Assembly: GCA_964106915.2 (NCBI GenBank)
Contig: OZ066916.1
DNA length: 64,000 nucleotides
Origin: Podarcis gaigeae
Lineage: Eukaryota
Reading direction: 5' to 3' (one strand)
Shown here: in pieces, positions 50,501 to 62,290 of the stretch
How positions within the stretch are numbered: position 1 is the stretch's first letter
How the letters are laid out: each line of letters opens with the position of its first letter
Program-made: the position numbers and the translations under genes
Notes under the pieces: generated by a model
The model's input: the letters and a program-made list of their open reading frames with translations, nothing else
What the model was told of the DNA's origin: nothing
Database searches by the model: none

Positions 50501-52971
50501 CGTGGCTGCTGCTGCCCTGCAGCATCAACAACTGTGTGGGCAGGCCTAGCCACCATTTTGTATCCTCCATCATCCTAGCATCATTCTGAGGCATCGTGTG
50601 AAGGAAATGGTGACTACTACAAAAAAGAAAAAGAAGCAGAAGGGGAATATTAGGAGGAAATTCTTCCTGTTCAAGGGTATGAGAGAAAGATAGGAAGAGA
50701 AAAAGGCCCTGGCAAATTTCTTAGGAAAATGTCCTGGCAAATTTCAACTGCCGTTTTTTGAGACCAAAGAGTCGGAAATAAGTGTGTTGATGATTCAGCA
50801 TGTAGCTAGTTCAAACTTCTGCTAATACTTGATGAATGGCATGCATTTTGTATGGATACTGAAATTAAAATCTGTCACTGTATTCCTAATATTTGTTGAT
50901 CAGGACCAACCTTAAACCCTGGAATTCTTTATCCTTCATTCCTGGGCTTGCATAAATGATGTCTTGGTCAAACACATGCCTAATTTGTGGGAATGATATG
51001 TAATCACATATCAAAACATTCATGAAGTCTTATTAAGTCTGTAATTTAGCAGCAGCTGTTGGCCATCTTTATCCACTTGCTTGTAAATCATACTCTGTGG
51101 ACAAAGGTTCCGGGATTATACATTTGTTTAGGTCCCTAAAGCTCTTGTAGCTTACAAGATATCACTTTTCATTTCCACATCCTGGAAGAGCATTGTAAAT
51201 GTGAACAATAATAGACCCGGTCTAAGTCAGTTTATTTCCATTAAATACAGCACCTGAGACTTGATAGTGACATTTCGGGGCTCCTGTGTTGTAAAACTGG
51301 ATTGTCAAGGTCCTGTAGTAGCATAAGGGGAGGCGAGACCACTAGTGGATTGATGAACTAAGCATAGTTCTTTGCTTGTTTTCCCTGCCATAGCAAAGGG
51401 AGGATAATGACTGAAATGAAAGACACTAAATGGGTAGTCAACCACCATCAGATTTTGGTTGATTCATCATGTAGGAAGACCACTATCAGCTACTTTGTGA
51501 CTTTGCTATTTTGTATATATTTTTGGTGGTTATTTTATTTAGATTGTTGCAGCGACCCGTGTAAACATGGTTGCACACAAGTGGGAGGTGCATAAGTGTG
51601 TGTGGGGGGGAGAGTTCCTGTAAATGCTCACAAACTTTGCATCTACCTATATATTATTCACAGATGTGAGCACATCCATATGCTTGCACACACAAAACAT
51701 GCATTAATTATCCTACAAAAATTGTAAAGGTATAGGCTTTGATATTACAGGCCCCTATTTTCCCTCACCTGAAAACATATTCTTACAAACCACTCCATAG
51801 TGTTCTTGAATCCTTTATGTCACACATACACGCACAGACACACAGGTGCACACACCATTTAAAGAAAACAGTTTAGGGATTTGGTTCAAAGAATAAGGAC
51901 AATTAGGAAAGAACGACTCTCAAGTTCAATCTTAATTTGAAGTTAGAGAGGCTCAGGGAGACAGTTGGGTCAATTTTCTGTTCTCTGTCCAGTCAGCTCT
52001 CTGTACTACTCAACCAATCCCAATCCAATAGTATTGCTATGGCAAAGACTTCCCCTCCATGCATCTCCAGGCCAACAACAACAAACAGAAGTGAAAATTT
52101 TATATTGTTGGACTGCTAGCTACTTAGCCTCACTTGTGCAGATTCCTACTCCCTCCTGTTATCATGAGGTCAATCCAACCAGAGGATATAGCCATCGGTG
52201 GTATACCAGCTTCTGGTATCCTTTCGGAATCAATACATATGTTCTGGAGGATATTCAGAGCAGTTTCCATTGGTATGGCTTAATTTCTTTTTCTTTAAAT
52301 CTTATTCTTTCCATAGATGTGTTTTTTCATGAGGAGACAATGGCACTCTGTATGTGTGTAATGGCACACTTTCTTAAATAAGTGTTGTACTTGTGATGAA
52401 AACAGCAAGGTTAAACTTTACAGCCCTACCAAGTCGAAATGTTGCCAGCCAGGAGTGGGAAGAAATGTGCATTCATTTCCCCGGTGAATTTCTGCTTATC
52501 TGTGTTGACACATAAAAGGGCATTAAGGCCTTTGAAAAGTAACATGAGAAGTGGACAGAATTCTTGCAGACAAATTTGAGGAGCAACTGATAGTAATTTC
52601 AAACCTAATCACACTTGGAGTCCGGGGGTCACAATTCACCATGATGAAAAGGCTTTAATTTTATTTAAGGAGGATGCAAAAGTATGTAATCAATATACAA
52701 GCATTATCCTAAAGTGGATTCAGTGCCAGTGTATTTCTCCTTATGCCTCTTATGAAGATGGACTTCAGCATCAGAAGGATTGGATGACATGGACCTTTTC
52801 AGCTTAGAAAAAGGGTGAGTAGGGGAGACATGATGGAGGTGCTTAAAATTATTCATGGTACAGAAAATGTGGACAGAGAAAGGTTTTCCTCCCTCTTTCA
52901 TAATATTAGAAACCATGTTCATTCCAATGAAGCTGAAGGTTGGAAGAGGCAACACAGACTGTGTTTTTTTA

Positions 52972-53170
52972 GTTACAGATAGGTAGCCGTGTTGGTCTGC
53001 CATAGTCAAAACAAAAAAAATTCCTTCCAGTAGCACCTTAAAGACCAACTAAGTTAGTTCTTGGTATGAGCTTTACCTGGTATCTGAAGAAGTGTGCATG
53101 CACACGAAAGCTCATACCAAGAACTAACTTAGTTGGTCTTTAAGGTGCTACTGGAAGGATTTTTTTTTGT
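52972..53170. mobile_element. Penelope-like element (PLE) terminal fragment with inverted pseudo-LTR structure
   Basis: GGTAGCCGTGTTGGTCTG...GTAGCACCTTAAAGACCAACTAAG resembles reptile PLE ends; 64-bp inverted arms 53011-53074 and 53107-53170 (63/64); possible TSD TGTGTTTTT(T/C)TA at 52960-52971 and 53168-53179. Confidence 0.8.
53078..53119 (+). ncRNA. Minimal type I hammerhead ribozyme motif
   Basis: Stem I UGGUAU/AUACCA; core CUGAAGA plus one extra A; stem II GUGUG-CAUG-CACAC; GAAA; palindromic AGCU in place of stem III; UC cleavage site after 53113. Confidence 0.82.
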
Positions 53171-53200
53171 GTTTTTCTAAACTATGGAATACACTGCCAT

Positions 53201-53360
53201 CAGTAGAGGTCCTTGGGTTCTCAAATTTCAGTTGCACCTTGTGAGACACCAAAATTTGGTGCCCCCACCTCCGACCTTCCATTCTATGTCATAGTTGTGG
53301 TGCTGCCTGTGGCATCTTTGATTCTCTCAATCTGATCGCGCTCCCCTAAATCCGCCTCTG
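53201..53360. mobile_element. hAT (Tip100-like) MITE nested in CR1
   Basis: Right end CCCCTAAATCCGCCTCTG (reverse complement CAGAGGCGGATTTAGGGG), degenerate left end CAGTAGAGG; CR1 sequence is contiguous across it. Confidence 0.7.
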
Positions 53361-54227
53361 TTTCCACAAGTTGTGGTGATGGTCACCAACTTGGATGGCT
53401 TCAAAAAGGAATTAGACAAATTCATAAAGGATAAATCTTATAAATGGCTATTAGTGCTACTGTCAGTATGGTAAGCCTCTGAATTCTAATTTCTGGGAAT
53501 CACAAGTGGGAGAAGGCCATTGATCTCCTGTCCTGCTTATGGGCTTCCCAAAGGCACCTCATTAGCCATTGTGAGGACATAATGGTGGAGTAGATGGTCC
53601 TTTGGTCTGTCAGCGCAGAGCTCCTGTTATGTTCTTATGGGGGCAATGTGGTAATCATGGATTTGACAGGATTCAGTCTGTCAACACAACTGATCAAGAC
53701 ATCTGACACAATACATTTGTTTCTCCAGAATACTTCCAGCAATTTGTCAGAAAAGTATTTCCAAAGCTGAAGTCAAACTGCTAAACTCATTTTACCTTTT
53801 AGAGAAAGCGGTCCACAGTGCTACGGCAAAATTGAAGCTGCTGCTTAGAAACAACAGCAGGGGACATTAAACACAATTTTATAGTCTGGTTATTGCTGGA
53901 CATAACTATGATTAGTTGGGACCATCAGCACAGACTGTCTTGCAACCTGAGGTATTGCTGTCTCAGGCAGCCAGGTACCAGGGAAAACAAATACCTCCGC
54001 CTCCTTTGGGAGGAAATGAAGCATCAAGTTAAATTTCTTTCCCTGAGCTAACAAAGCCAGGAAAATGCAGGTTGGAGCAGAGGAGGGAATCCACATAATT
54101 CTACAGGAGGGTTTTCTTTTAAAAGCTGTGCGCCAAGGAGTCATCTAGGCGTATGAATATTCATGGGGATTAAAATTAAAATACAATTAAAACAATCCTG
54201 CTGCAGGTTATCACTGTTGTTGACTGA

Positions 54228-54300
54228 TTGGCAGTCAGTGTGGACAATCCTTACATAATTGGACCAGTGGTCTAACTTAGTATAAGACAGTTTCCTATTT
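54228..54300 (+). mobile_element. Squam3-like SINE 3' end
   Basis: CAGTCAGTGTGGACAAT...TGGACCAGTGGTCTAACTTAGTATAAGACAGTTTCCTAT. Confidence 0.75.
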
Positions 54301-54732
54301 AGCACTAATTCAGCTATTTGCTTCAGACTCCTATCTGACTTGTTTCCTTCAGACTCCACTGAGGGTTTATCCTCACCAGAACCCGGACAAACACTTTCTT
54401 TATGCCACTGCTTGAACTTCCTAAATGTGTGCTTTTAAAGACTTAAAAATCCATGCCAGAAGTATTAATTCAAAGCATGCTCACTTGTCTTTCTAAAGTC
54501 CGATTTTATTTCAGGTAGAACACTCTGAAGTGTTTGTGCAAAATGCACCTAAACAAGTCTATTTCTGATTTCCTGCTTATGCTTACTTTGCAGCTGAATT
54601 TTTTAACACCTCTCCGAGCTTATTGTATGCATGTGGCCAGGAAAAACTGGTGTTTAAAATTCTGTATAAAATAAACATAGTAATAATATTCTTCAAGCTT
54701 TATGTCAGAACTTGCAGAACACATGAAGGGGC

Positions 54733-55370
54733 ACTGGCGTCAACTGCAGGGGGCCCTGGGGGCCTAGGCATGTACAAAATGGTAACTGTGGGAGCCTGGC
54801 CTCCGTCCATTGCCCGCTGCCCATTGCCCCACCTCTGGCTCTCTGGTGCCATGGCAATGACTGAGCTGGGGCTTCCATTGGGGCTCGCTGTGGCCGCGGA
54901 CATGCACCCATGGTCCCCTACCCCCACCTGGAGGCCTAGAAGTGGCAGCGGAGAACATCATCATTGTGCATCATGGCATGATGTCATCACATTGCATTAT
55001 GGTGTAACATCATCAGGTCATCAGGTTGTGCTGCACTGTGATGTCATCACCTCACATTGCAGCACGCACCGCTAGATACCCATGATCTGGCGCCCATGCT
55101 GATGCCTCTGGGAGGCACTGGGGTACGAAGGGGGATGGGGGGAAGCATGCTGCACCAGGTACCATTTGGGGAAAGGGTGCCATCATGGCCACTCGCTCCC
55201 AGGATGCATGCCACACCCTCCTGGGATGCATGCTGCATGCTGCGCAACCTCGGGATGCATGCTACGCCCCCGTGGGAGACACGCCAGCCACGCCCCTGCC
55301 TGTTTTCCACTCCAGGGGCTGCAGCATGTTGCTCCGCCACTGCTGGGAAGGAGCCAGAATACACTGTGAT
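54733..55370. mobile_element. GC-rich, internally repetitive non-autonomous DNA element (hAT-like), family uncertain
   Basis: Starts CACTGGCGTCAACT..GGGGGCCCTGGGGGCC; internal TGATGTCATCA and GGGATGCATGC repeats; abrupt GC rise. Confidence 0.45.
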
Positions 55371-55808
55371 TTTGCCACACTGAGAATGATTTTCTGAGAA
55401 TGAAGGGTTTCCTGAAAGGAAACCCCTGGATGGTCTCTCAGTTTAAACTGCTATGCTGTTCACTGGTTTTGAATGTGCCTGGCCTGATTAGAGAAATGAT
55501 TTTTTCAGAATTTCAAAGTAGTCCTTCATTCCAAAGATTAACTTGTAGGAGAGAAAATACCTAGCTTGTTGATAGAAGAGTTTTCTCCATGGTTTTTCAA
55601 ATGAGGAACCCCTTTATTAACTTCACAATAACGATGAAACAACTGTCTTCTAGGGCTTTTCACTGTATGCTTATGTCACTGTAAATAGCAATTATCACAT
55701 GTGTGGTATCATGCAAACTGAACAATAGCTTGAAAGGGTACATTTGCCTGAATGCAACACCTACTCATGAGAATTGAATGTTATCACTGATGTTTATTAA
55801 TTAATTCA

Positions 55809-55875
55809 TGGCATGCTCTGGTCCATGGGGTCACGAAGAGTCGGGCACGACTAAACAACTAAACAACAACAACAA
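55809..55875 (+). mobile_element. RTE-BovB LINE (or BovB-tailed SINE) 3' end
   Basis: GTCCATGGGGTCACGAAGAGTCGGGCACGACTAAAC followed by (AAC)n tail. Confidence 0.92.
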
Positions 55876-58800
55876 ATGGTATCTACAGATGGAATCTCAT
55901 TTACTGCAGTTGATTAACTAATGTATAATATCAGTGCTTCCCAATGAAAATCCATCCCACATTATTGCCAGTAATTCTACATCTGAATTGACTCCTAGCT
56001 GTGGTGAGTCGCTACTAGAGAAAGGACCTTGAAAGTCATAGGATTTGAGAGAGAGGGGAAATGACATTCCCAGGGGATGGCAAAATAAAGCATCCTGTAA
56101 CATCATCATCCCAACCAGAAGTTGAGCTGGCAGATATATATCTCTCCAATGCCACCACATGAGATGGAATATCTATCCAACCGTTTGTTCCTGCCAAGGC
56201 TTGCCAAAACGTCTGGTTTCTGATAGAATAAAAAAAACTGTGCATCTTGCATCTGCTGTCCTCTCCCTAGTTGACACACAATGACAATTCAGGGTTCTGT
56301 GAATTGAAATGATAGATTAAATAATTTGAACAGAGCTCACATCGCACAGTGCCAAACCTTACTCACTGTTTTTCATTTACCTCAATAGTCAGGATTCCTG
56401 CAGAAAGGTCCATACCCCCAAACCAAGTCCTCACTCCAAATGAGTCAAATGTCATGCCAATGAGACACAAAAAGTGTCTTCACTTTATATTTATGTCCTC
56501 TCACTTGCATATAAGAAGAAACAATTATTTCTTACCAGTCCCTACTTCCACACTCCAAACCAGCACCTGGCTAAATACAAATGAGAACATATTTCATAGT
56601 AAGTACAGGTGCAGGCAAGATTATTTTTTTTTCTTAAACAAAGCAATTTTAGACTCCAGATGGTCCAGGAGGAAACACTAATGGACTTGTTTGAAGCAAT
56701 TAGGTGCTTTTGACCAAATCGCTGGGAGATGATTCTCTATGCCAGGAGGGAAATATATTTTGACACCCTAAGCCTTTTCTTTCCCTTCATTCTCATGTGT
56801 GAGCTTCCAATCTGCTGGCCTCAAAATATATACCTGCAAACCCACAAGCCACCTTCTTGACAGCTGCTCAAATAACAGAGAGGAGGTGATGGAGAGGGAG
56901 GGGGGAGAGAAAGATGCCCTGTTCTGCATTATCACCCACCCAGCAGTTTTGAAAGCTTGGTAAGTTACTCATACAGTGTAGGGAGGGAAATGCCTGACAG
57001 AGAGGGAGGGGGCGGACGGACGGAGAGAAGTGGAGAGGAGGGGGAAATAAAGAATGGCTCTTAAAAGTGCAACATTTGCAACATGCGCCTACAAACTAAA
57101 GGGCCAATTAGGATAATAGGTTTGAAATTGTTTCAGTGAAGTCCTAAAGACCAAAAAAAAAATGAAAGAAAAAAAAATGTCCTTCAGCAATGGGCTTGGC
57201 ATTGTTAGGAAGAGTCTCTGGATAAGGAACAATGCATTCTCTCCGACCACATTCCTCTCCTTCTTCCGACTGGACCATACATTATTAATGAGCCCCATTT
57301 TCCGCTGTGAAAGGCCTGCTTGAAAAGCATTAACATAGACTATTGGATGTGATTGACACTGTCATCCCTTTCATTTTTTGCTGTTGGCAAGAGGTATCCC
57401 TGTAGATTTATGTGCATCTGGACATTGCTAATATTCTCCTTGTTTTGCTCTCTGGGCAGCTGTGATATAGACGTTTTTGGCAGGGTTTTTGTTTTTTTAA
57501 AAAAAAGCTACCATATTATCATTCACATAAAGAAGGAAGGGTTTTATTTATTTTTATTTTCTCTTTATCAAATATATTAATACCTAATGGGCAAAGCGTA
57601 TAATGAAAACACACACTTTGTTAGCTGCTGTTTCATCAGGATCCATAGCTATTTCCATTGGCTCTTTCCTTCCAAGCAGGAAAGAGAGTGAAGACAAGAA
57701 CTTACAGTTAGTCCCTCAACTCCGGAATAAGCTTGGGCTCCTCTCAGTTTTGCAAATGACAGGTGTGCACACCTGTGAATTGAACACCATATGCCCATCA
57801 ATCTTGCCTTTTCATTATGTTTTATGTTGCTTGCTCCGTTTTGATTTTCTTTTTAAGTACTCAATGTAACTTTATACCAAGATTGGTTCATTTATTACCT
57901 TAATTTTTAAAAATCAGAGAGACCTTTTAAAAGTGGCAAATTGTCCTAGGGTCTTGGGAGTGGGGAGAGGGTTTGTGTGTATGTGAAAGTGCAATCACTG
58001 GCCAAGGAGTAGTGTGCAGAAATTCCCTAAAGATGCAGGCTTTTTTTTCTGGTAGAGTTTGACTTTGAAAATGAAATGTTTGTTTGCCTTAAGTGTGACA
58101 AAGGCACTTTGAAATAGAGCTCAGTTGTCTGAAAACATTTAATCAGTATTCATCCTTTGAATAATATGTATTTTAAATGTATTATTTTAAAAGGGACGAA
58201 CTAACCTTTCTTTTCTTACCTGCAAATTGCAAGATTGATATTATAAGGTACAGATTGCAATCTAGCCCAAGATGGTTATGACTAAGTAGGATTAGACTTC
58301 ATCATGACAAAGTCCTATCCCAATGCTTTGAATGCAAATTAATTATGACTATGGCCCAAATCAGAGGTTTGCTCCATGGATTCAGAAGGTGAATGGAGGG
58401 GGATGTCTAAGGATTCAGACATAGCTGGCTGACTGTTCAGCAACATTCACCAACTTCCTTAATAATCTGGAAAAAAAATATATAAAGCTCAACTAAAAAT
58501 AGACATTGAATGAATACTCTGAGCTAGGCCTGTATTGCTGAAGTCTTTGCAGACCCTAATTATGTGGCCTGTACAACTTTCCTTTCCTTTGTTAGCTCTA
58601 TTGTTGCTCTACTCTCCCTTTCCTACCTTATTTTTCTTACTGTCTTTCTGATACATCTCCTATCTTTGACAGGCAACATTAGTAGCCATTAGAAACTTCC
58701 ACTAAACTTCCAGGTGTTGAGAGAAATACACACAGCATGGCTGTTCTGGTCATATTAGGGACAAATTACTCATTTGTGCAATGGATGTACCAGCCCTGTG

Positions 58801-60374
58801 TTTGGGCACATCAAACTATTTGTTGGAGCAAACATATTCATCTCCACCAGTTCCATAATTGTTATGTACTGAAGTTCTCACCCTGGGCCAGCAGGGGGAT
58901 ACTGTAGATAGTTATGCAAATAAGGGATTGAAAGTGACGTTCAGTGATTGGATAGTTTTAGAAAATTCTTACAGTTACATTGTACTGGAGCTCTATATAA
59001 GCAGGCTGACTGAACCCTTCAGTTCAGTTCTATCCTGGCCTGTGAATAAACAAGAGATGTTTGAAGAATCACTGTGTCGTCTGATATGTTCACCCACAAC
59101 TTAACAATAATAACCTATCCAGAGACTCTGGCACAAGTGAATATGGCTGTATGCTGTCTATAATGAAGGAAACCAAGGGATTGTCTGCTGTTGCAAATAA
59201 CCAAGTGTGTTAAATTGCCAAGATAATTGATTTGGTTCTTGTGACTTAACAAAAATGATTTGGCACTGTAAATGTTGCAATGGAAGTCTTTCATACCCCA
59301 AAGTGATTATGTGAAGGAATGAAACTGTTCCACCCTTTTGTGTTCAGCTTCATTGCTATGAAATGATTGACTTCTCTTTTAGGATCTCTTCATCTAGGAA
59401 GTTCACAATTTTGGACATATTTCTGCAGAGCCATTTGCCCAGGCCACATTATCCAAAACACTTTATTTCATCTTTATATTAATGGACAGTGTCCCATTAT
59501 TTCTATCTCTCTGTTATGTTTAGCTCTTCTTAGGCTTTACGATTCCTTATGACTAGTAGAGACAGCAGAGTAGCTGACATTCAGCAGGCTTGCACTTTTA
59601 GTGACGCATTGTTCACTACCTTCTTGAGAGGTCAAGCCCATCTTACCCATGGCAAACCCATTGTCACCCAGTCCTGGCAGGCAGCATTCAAAAGCCCAGA
59701 CCTCTCCTCCTTGGAAGCAACAAGGCATTGCCGCCACTCCTCTAGACGCCTAATTACACCAATCAATCATGCAAAAACGGTTCTCTTGGCTTTAAATAGA
59801 GAGGTTAAATCTCATGAAGATACTACCAAAAGAGAGGGAAGGGCAAGATCTGGAGCTAACTTAGAATTTCACACAAGAAAAAAGGGTGGGGATTTATAAA
59901 CAGAATCCCAGTCATAGAATAAAACAATAATTATCTTACTCTTCTTAACATCACCTCATCCTGCCCTCATACAGTGGCTGGGTTCACACTGGCTCCCTGA
60001 TAGGTTGTGATATTAATTTAATTCCCCATGTTTCAACCTTGGACTGCTTCTTGTGTTGCCTCTAGGTCCAGACTTTGGACTGCTGAAAGATTGTGATTCT
60101 AGGACCACTGCTGTTACCTGTGAGCTTCTCTGCTTGTGCACTACCTGAAGCAGAATGCATCATTGGGTGTTATGTGTTGTCAATCCATGTTTTTTTACCA
60201 TAGTAGTGCTAGAGATAACTTGGTCCATAGTTTTAATGGCTCAGTCAATGGACACAGGAGTTATCTGTGATTTAACAGTAGTTAGGGTGGAGTCCATTGA
60301 GGGGGAAATATGCATTTTTTAGAAGATTTTGGATCCTTGTGTGTGGCTACCTGTGGCTATATTGTGGCTATATT

Positions 60375-60700
60375 GGGCAAATTGCATTTTAAAATGTGTA
60401 TCTTAGGAGATATCTTTAAAAAATGCTGATGATTTTTCATGAGCACTTAAAAAAAAAAAAGCAAACCAGTGTGGAAATGTGGAGAAGTGACGTTAAAATT
60501 AAAAAAAAAAAGATGTGAGAATTAGATATCTGAAGAAATAATTCTTTTTTTGTGTGTTTAGCTTATTTTATTGTAAAGTGTTTTTCTTTGTTGTGTGTTT
60601 TGTAATGTCTTTTTTGTCATAAATGTGGAGAACCAATAAAAGTTTTGTTTTTTTTAAAAAAAGTGAGCAAAAGGAACATTGACAGAATTGTCCATCCCTA
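60375..60700 (+). mobile_element. Right part of a TAGGGATGG-type DNA element, with an inserted AT-rich LINE tail (~60540-60662)
   Basis: AAATTGCAT..AAAATGTGTAT.TTAGGAGA...TGTGGAAATGTGGAGAA...TTGACAGAATTGTCCATCCCTA; the insert has AATAAA and a T/A tail. Confidence 0.6.
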
Positions 60701-60734
60701 ACCCTAACCTTTTGTTCGTGGATTTAAACAGTCC

Positions 60735-60868
60735 TTGAGGAGCCTGTGGTTGTGTAGATGTTGTTCAACTTCAGCCCCTTTTATAACCAGGCAAGATAGC
60801 CAATGGTCAGGAATGATGGGAACTGCAGTACAACCACATCTGGAGGGCTGTAGATTCCCCATCCCTTG
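60735..60868. mobile_element. Decayed short hAT MITE
   Basis: CCAATGGTCAGGAATGATGGGAACTGCAGTACAACCACATCTGGAGGGC..ATTCCCCATCCCT. Confidence 0.7.
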
Positions 60869-61360
60869 TAACTTCACTGACTTCCTCAGATCTAAACATC
60901 AATAGCTTCTGAGCAAGATGTGTTCGCATGATGAGTTCATTCACATCTTCCCCCACTTCCATTCATATATAACATGTCTGCATCTTAGGAGTGGGCATCT
61001 TATAATACCAGTAAAAGGAGAATGCAGGTTCTTAATTCTCCACCACATCATTCTTCCTAACACTAAGCAATTCTAAATTCCAAAATCTTAAATTAAAAAC
61101 TTTAAAAACAAAACTGCAAAGTGTCATGTGATAGATAGCAGCTTTTTTATTAAAAAAAACAGCAACACATGCACACACAGAGAGAGACAGACAGACAAAG
61201 AGTGATGAAATGGTTTCTTTTTCTTTTTCCAGCCTGCTGAGTAGAAACATTGTAAATATCTGAAGCAAGCTCTAAACGGTTCACCATGAGGGTTCTCTCG
61301 ATGACTTGGCTATGAAGCAGTAAATACAGCATGCCAGAGAGGTATTCCTGTGGCACTTAC

Positions 61361-61577
61361 CTTATTTCACTGCATGGTTAGTCTTTGTGATGTCTGTAAT
61401 CGATATGGCACTGTTGACAATTTGGATTGAAGTGGAATAAGAAAAAGAATATTTCCCTCAAGACCCTCCAGAAAAAGTAATGTTTGAAGGTGTATGAGGT
61501 GTGCCGGATGATTGCAGTCATATGCCTGAGGAGATCTCTAGGAATGGCAAAGACTGGGAGCAGAAGTATTCTAAAGG
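61361..61577 (-). other. Candidate non-coding exon (217 nt)
   Basis: Minus-strand acceptor CTTAATTTTCTTTTCACAG and donor AAG|GTAAGT; stops in all three frames. Confidence 0.3.
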
Positions 61578-62019
61578 CTGTGAAAAGAAAATTAAGGGGA
61601 AAGAGCTGTTGCAATCATAATAAAAAAGCAGCTACTTGCCTGCTATTTCTCTCTCTCTCTTGACTATTCAGTTTCTTTTTAGAAGAAGTAGGGGTAGTAA
61701 CAGAAAGAAATAGAGTGAAAAGCGCTAACTGTTGTCTACTGTTATTTATTTTAAGCAGTCATTTGCAGGTCATGTGAGTGGAATAAAAAACATCACTGTG
61801 CCAATCCATGCCTGCTTTCCTCTTGCCAGAGATAGGTTTTTTACTTTTTAGTGTATGATTGTAGTCTCTACTTTCTGGCAACAGATGAAATAGTCACATA
61901 CAAGTAGCTACTCTGATATTTAAGTTGCAAGTATAAACTGCTTGCAATTTAAATATCAGAGAATGATACTGAAACAGTGCTGGTACTGCGTACTCCTGAG
62001 TACCCCCAAAGGGACTGCA

Positions 62020-62290
62020 TAGGCGATCCAATTGACATTGTGTCCAGTTGACTTTCTAAAAGCAGTTGATGATATTCCTTACGAAATGGTAATCTTAATA
62101 GGAGTAGAAGGGGTCCTCTTATGGAGCAGGACTAGCTGGAAGCAAAGAATAGGATTAAACTGACAGTTCTCTCGATGGAGGGATGTAGAAAGTGGAGTCC
62201 CAACAGTTCAGCACAGAGACCTTTTGCATAAATCATCTAGAATATGAGGTGAACAGTGAGGAAGCCAAATACGCTGGTGATATTAACTTA
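62020..62290 (+). mobile_element. CR1 reverse transcriptase fragment, decayed
   Basis: GDPIDIV..DFLKAVD..P...QFSRWRDVESGVP...INHLEYEVNSEEAKYAGDINL (compare CR1 DFQKAFDKVP, SGVPQG and FINDLE..VAKFADDTKL). Confidence 0.85.

Larger units (their letters stand above)
52775..53639 (+). mobile_element. CR1 LINE 3' part, interrupted by two younger insertions
   Basis: LFSLEK..GDMMEVLKIIHG.ENVDRE..SL.HN.R...PMKL.VGR; resumes TAAACTATGGAA and ACCAACTTGGATGGCTT..ATTAGACAAATTCAT; ends TTATGTTCTTATG. Confidence 0.9.
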
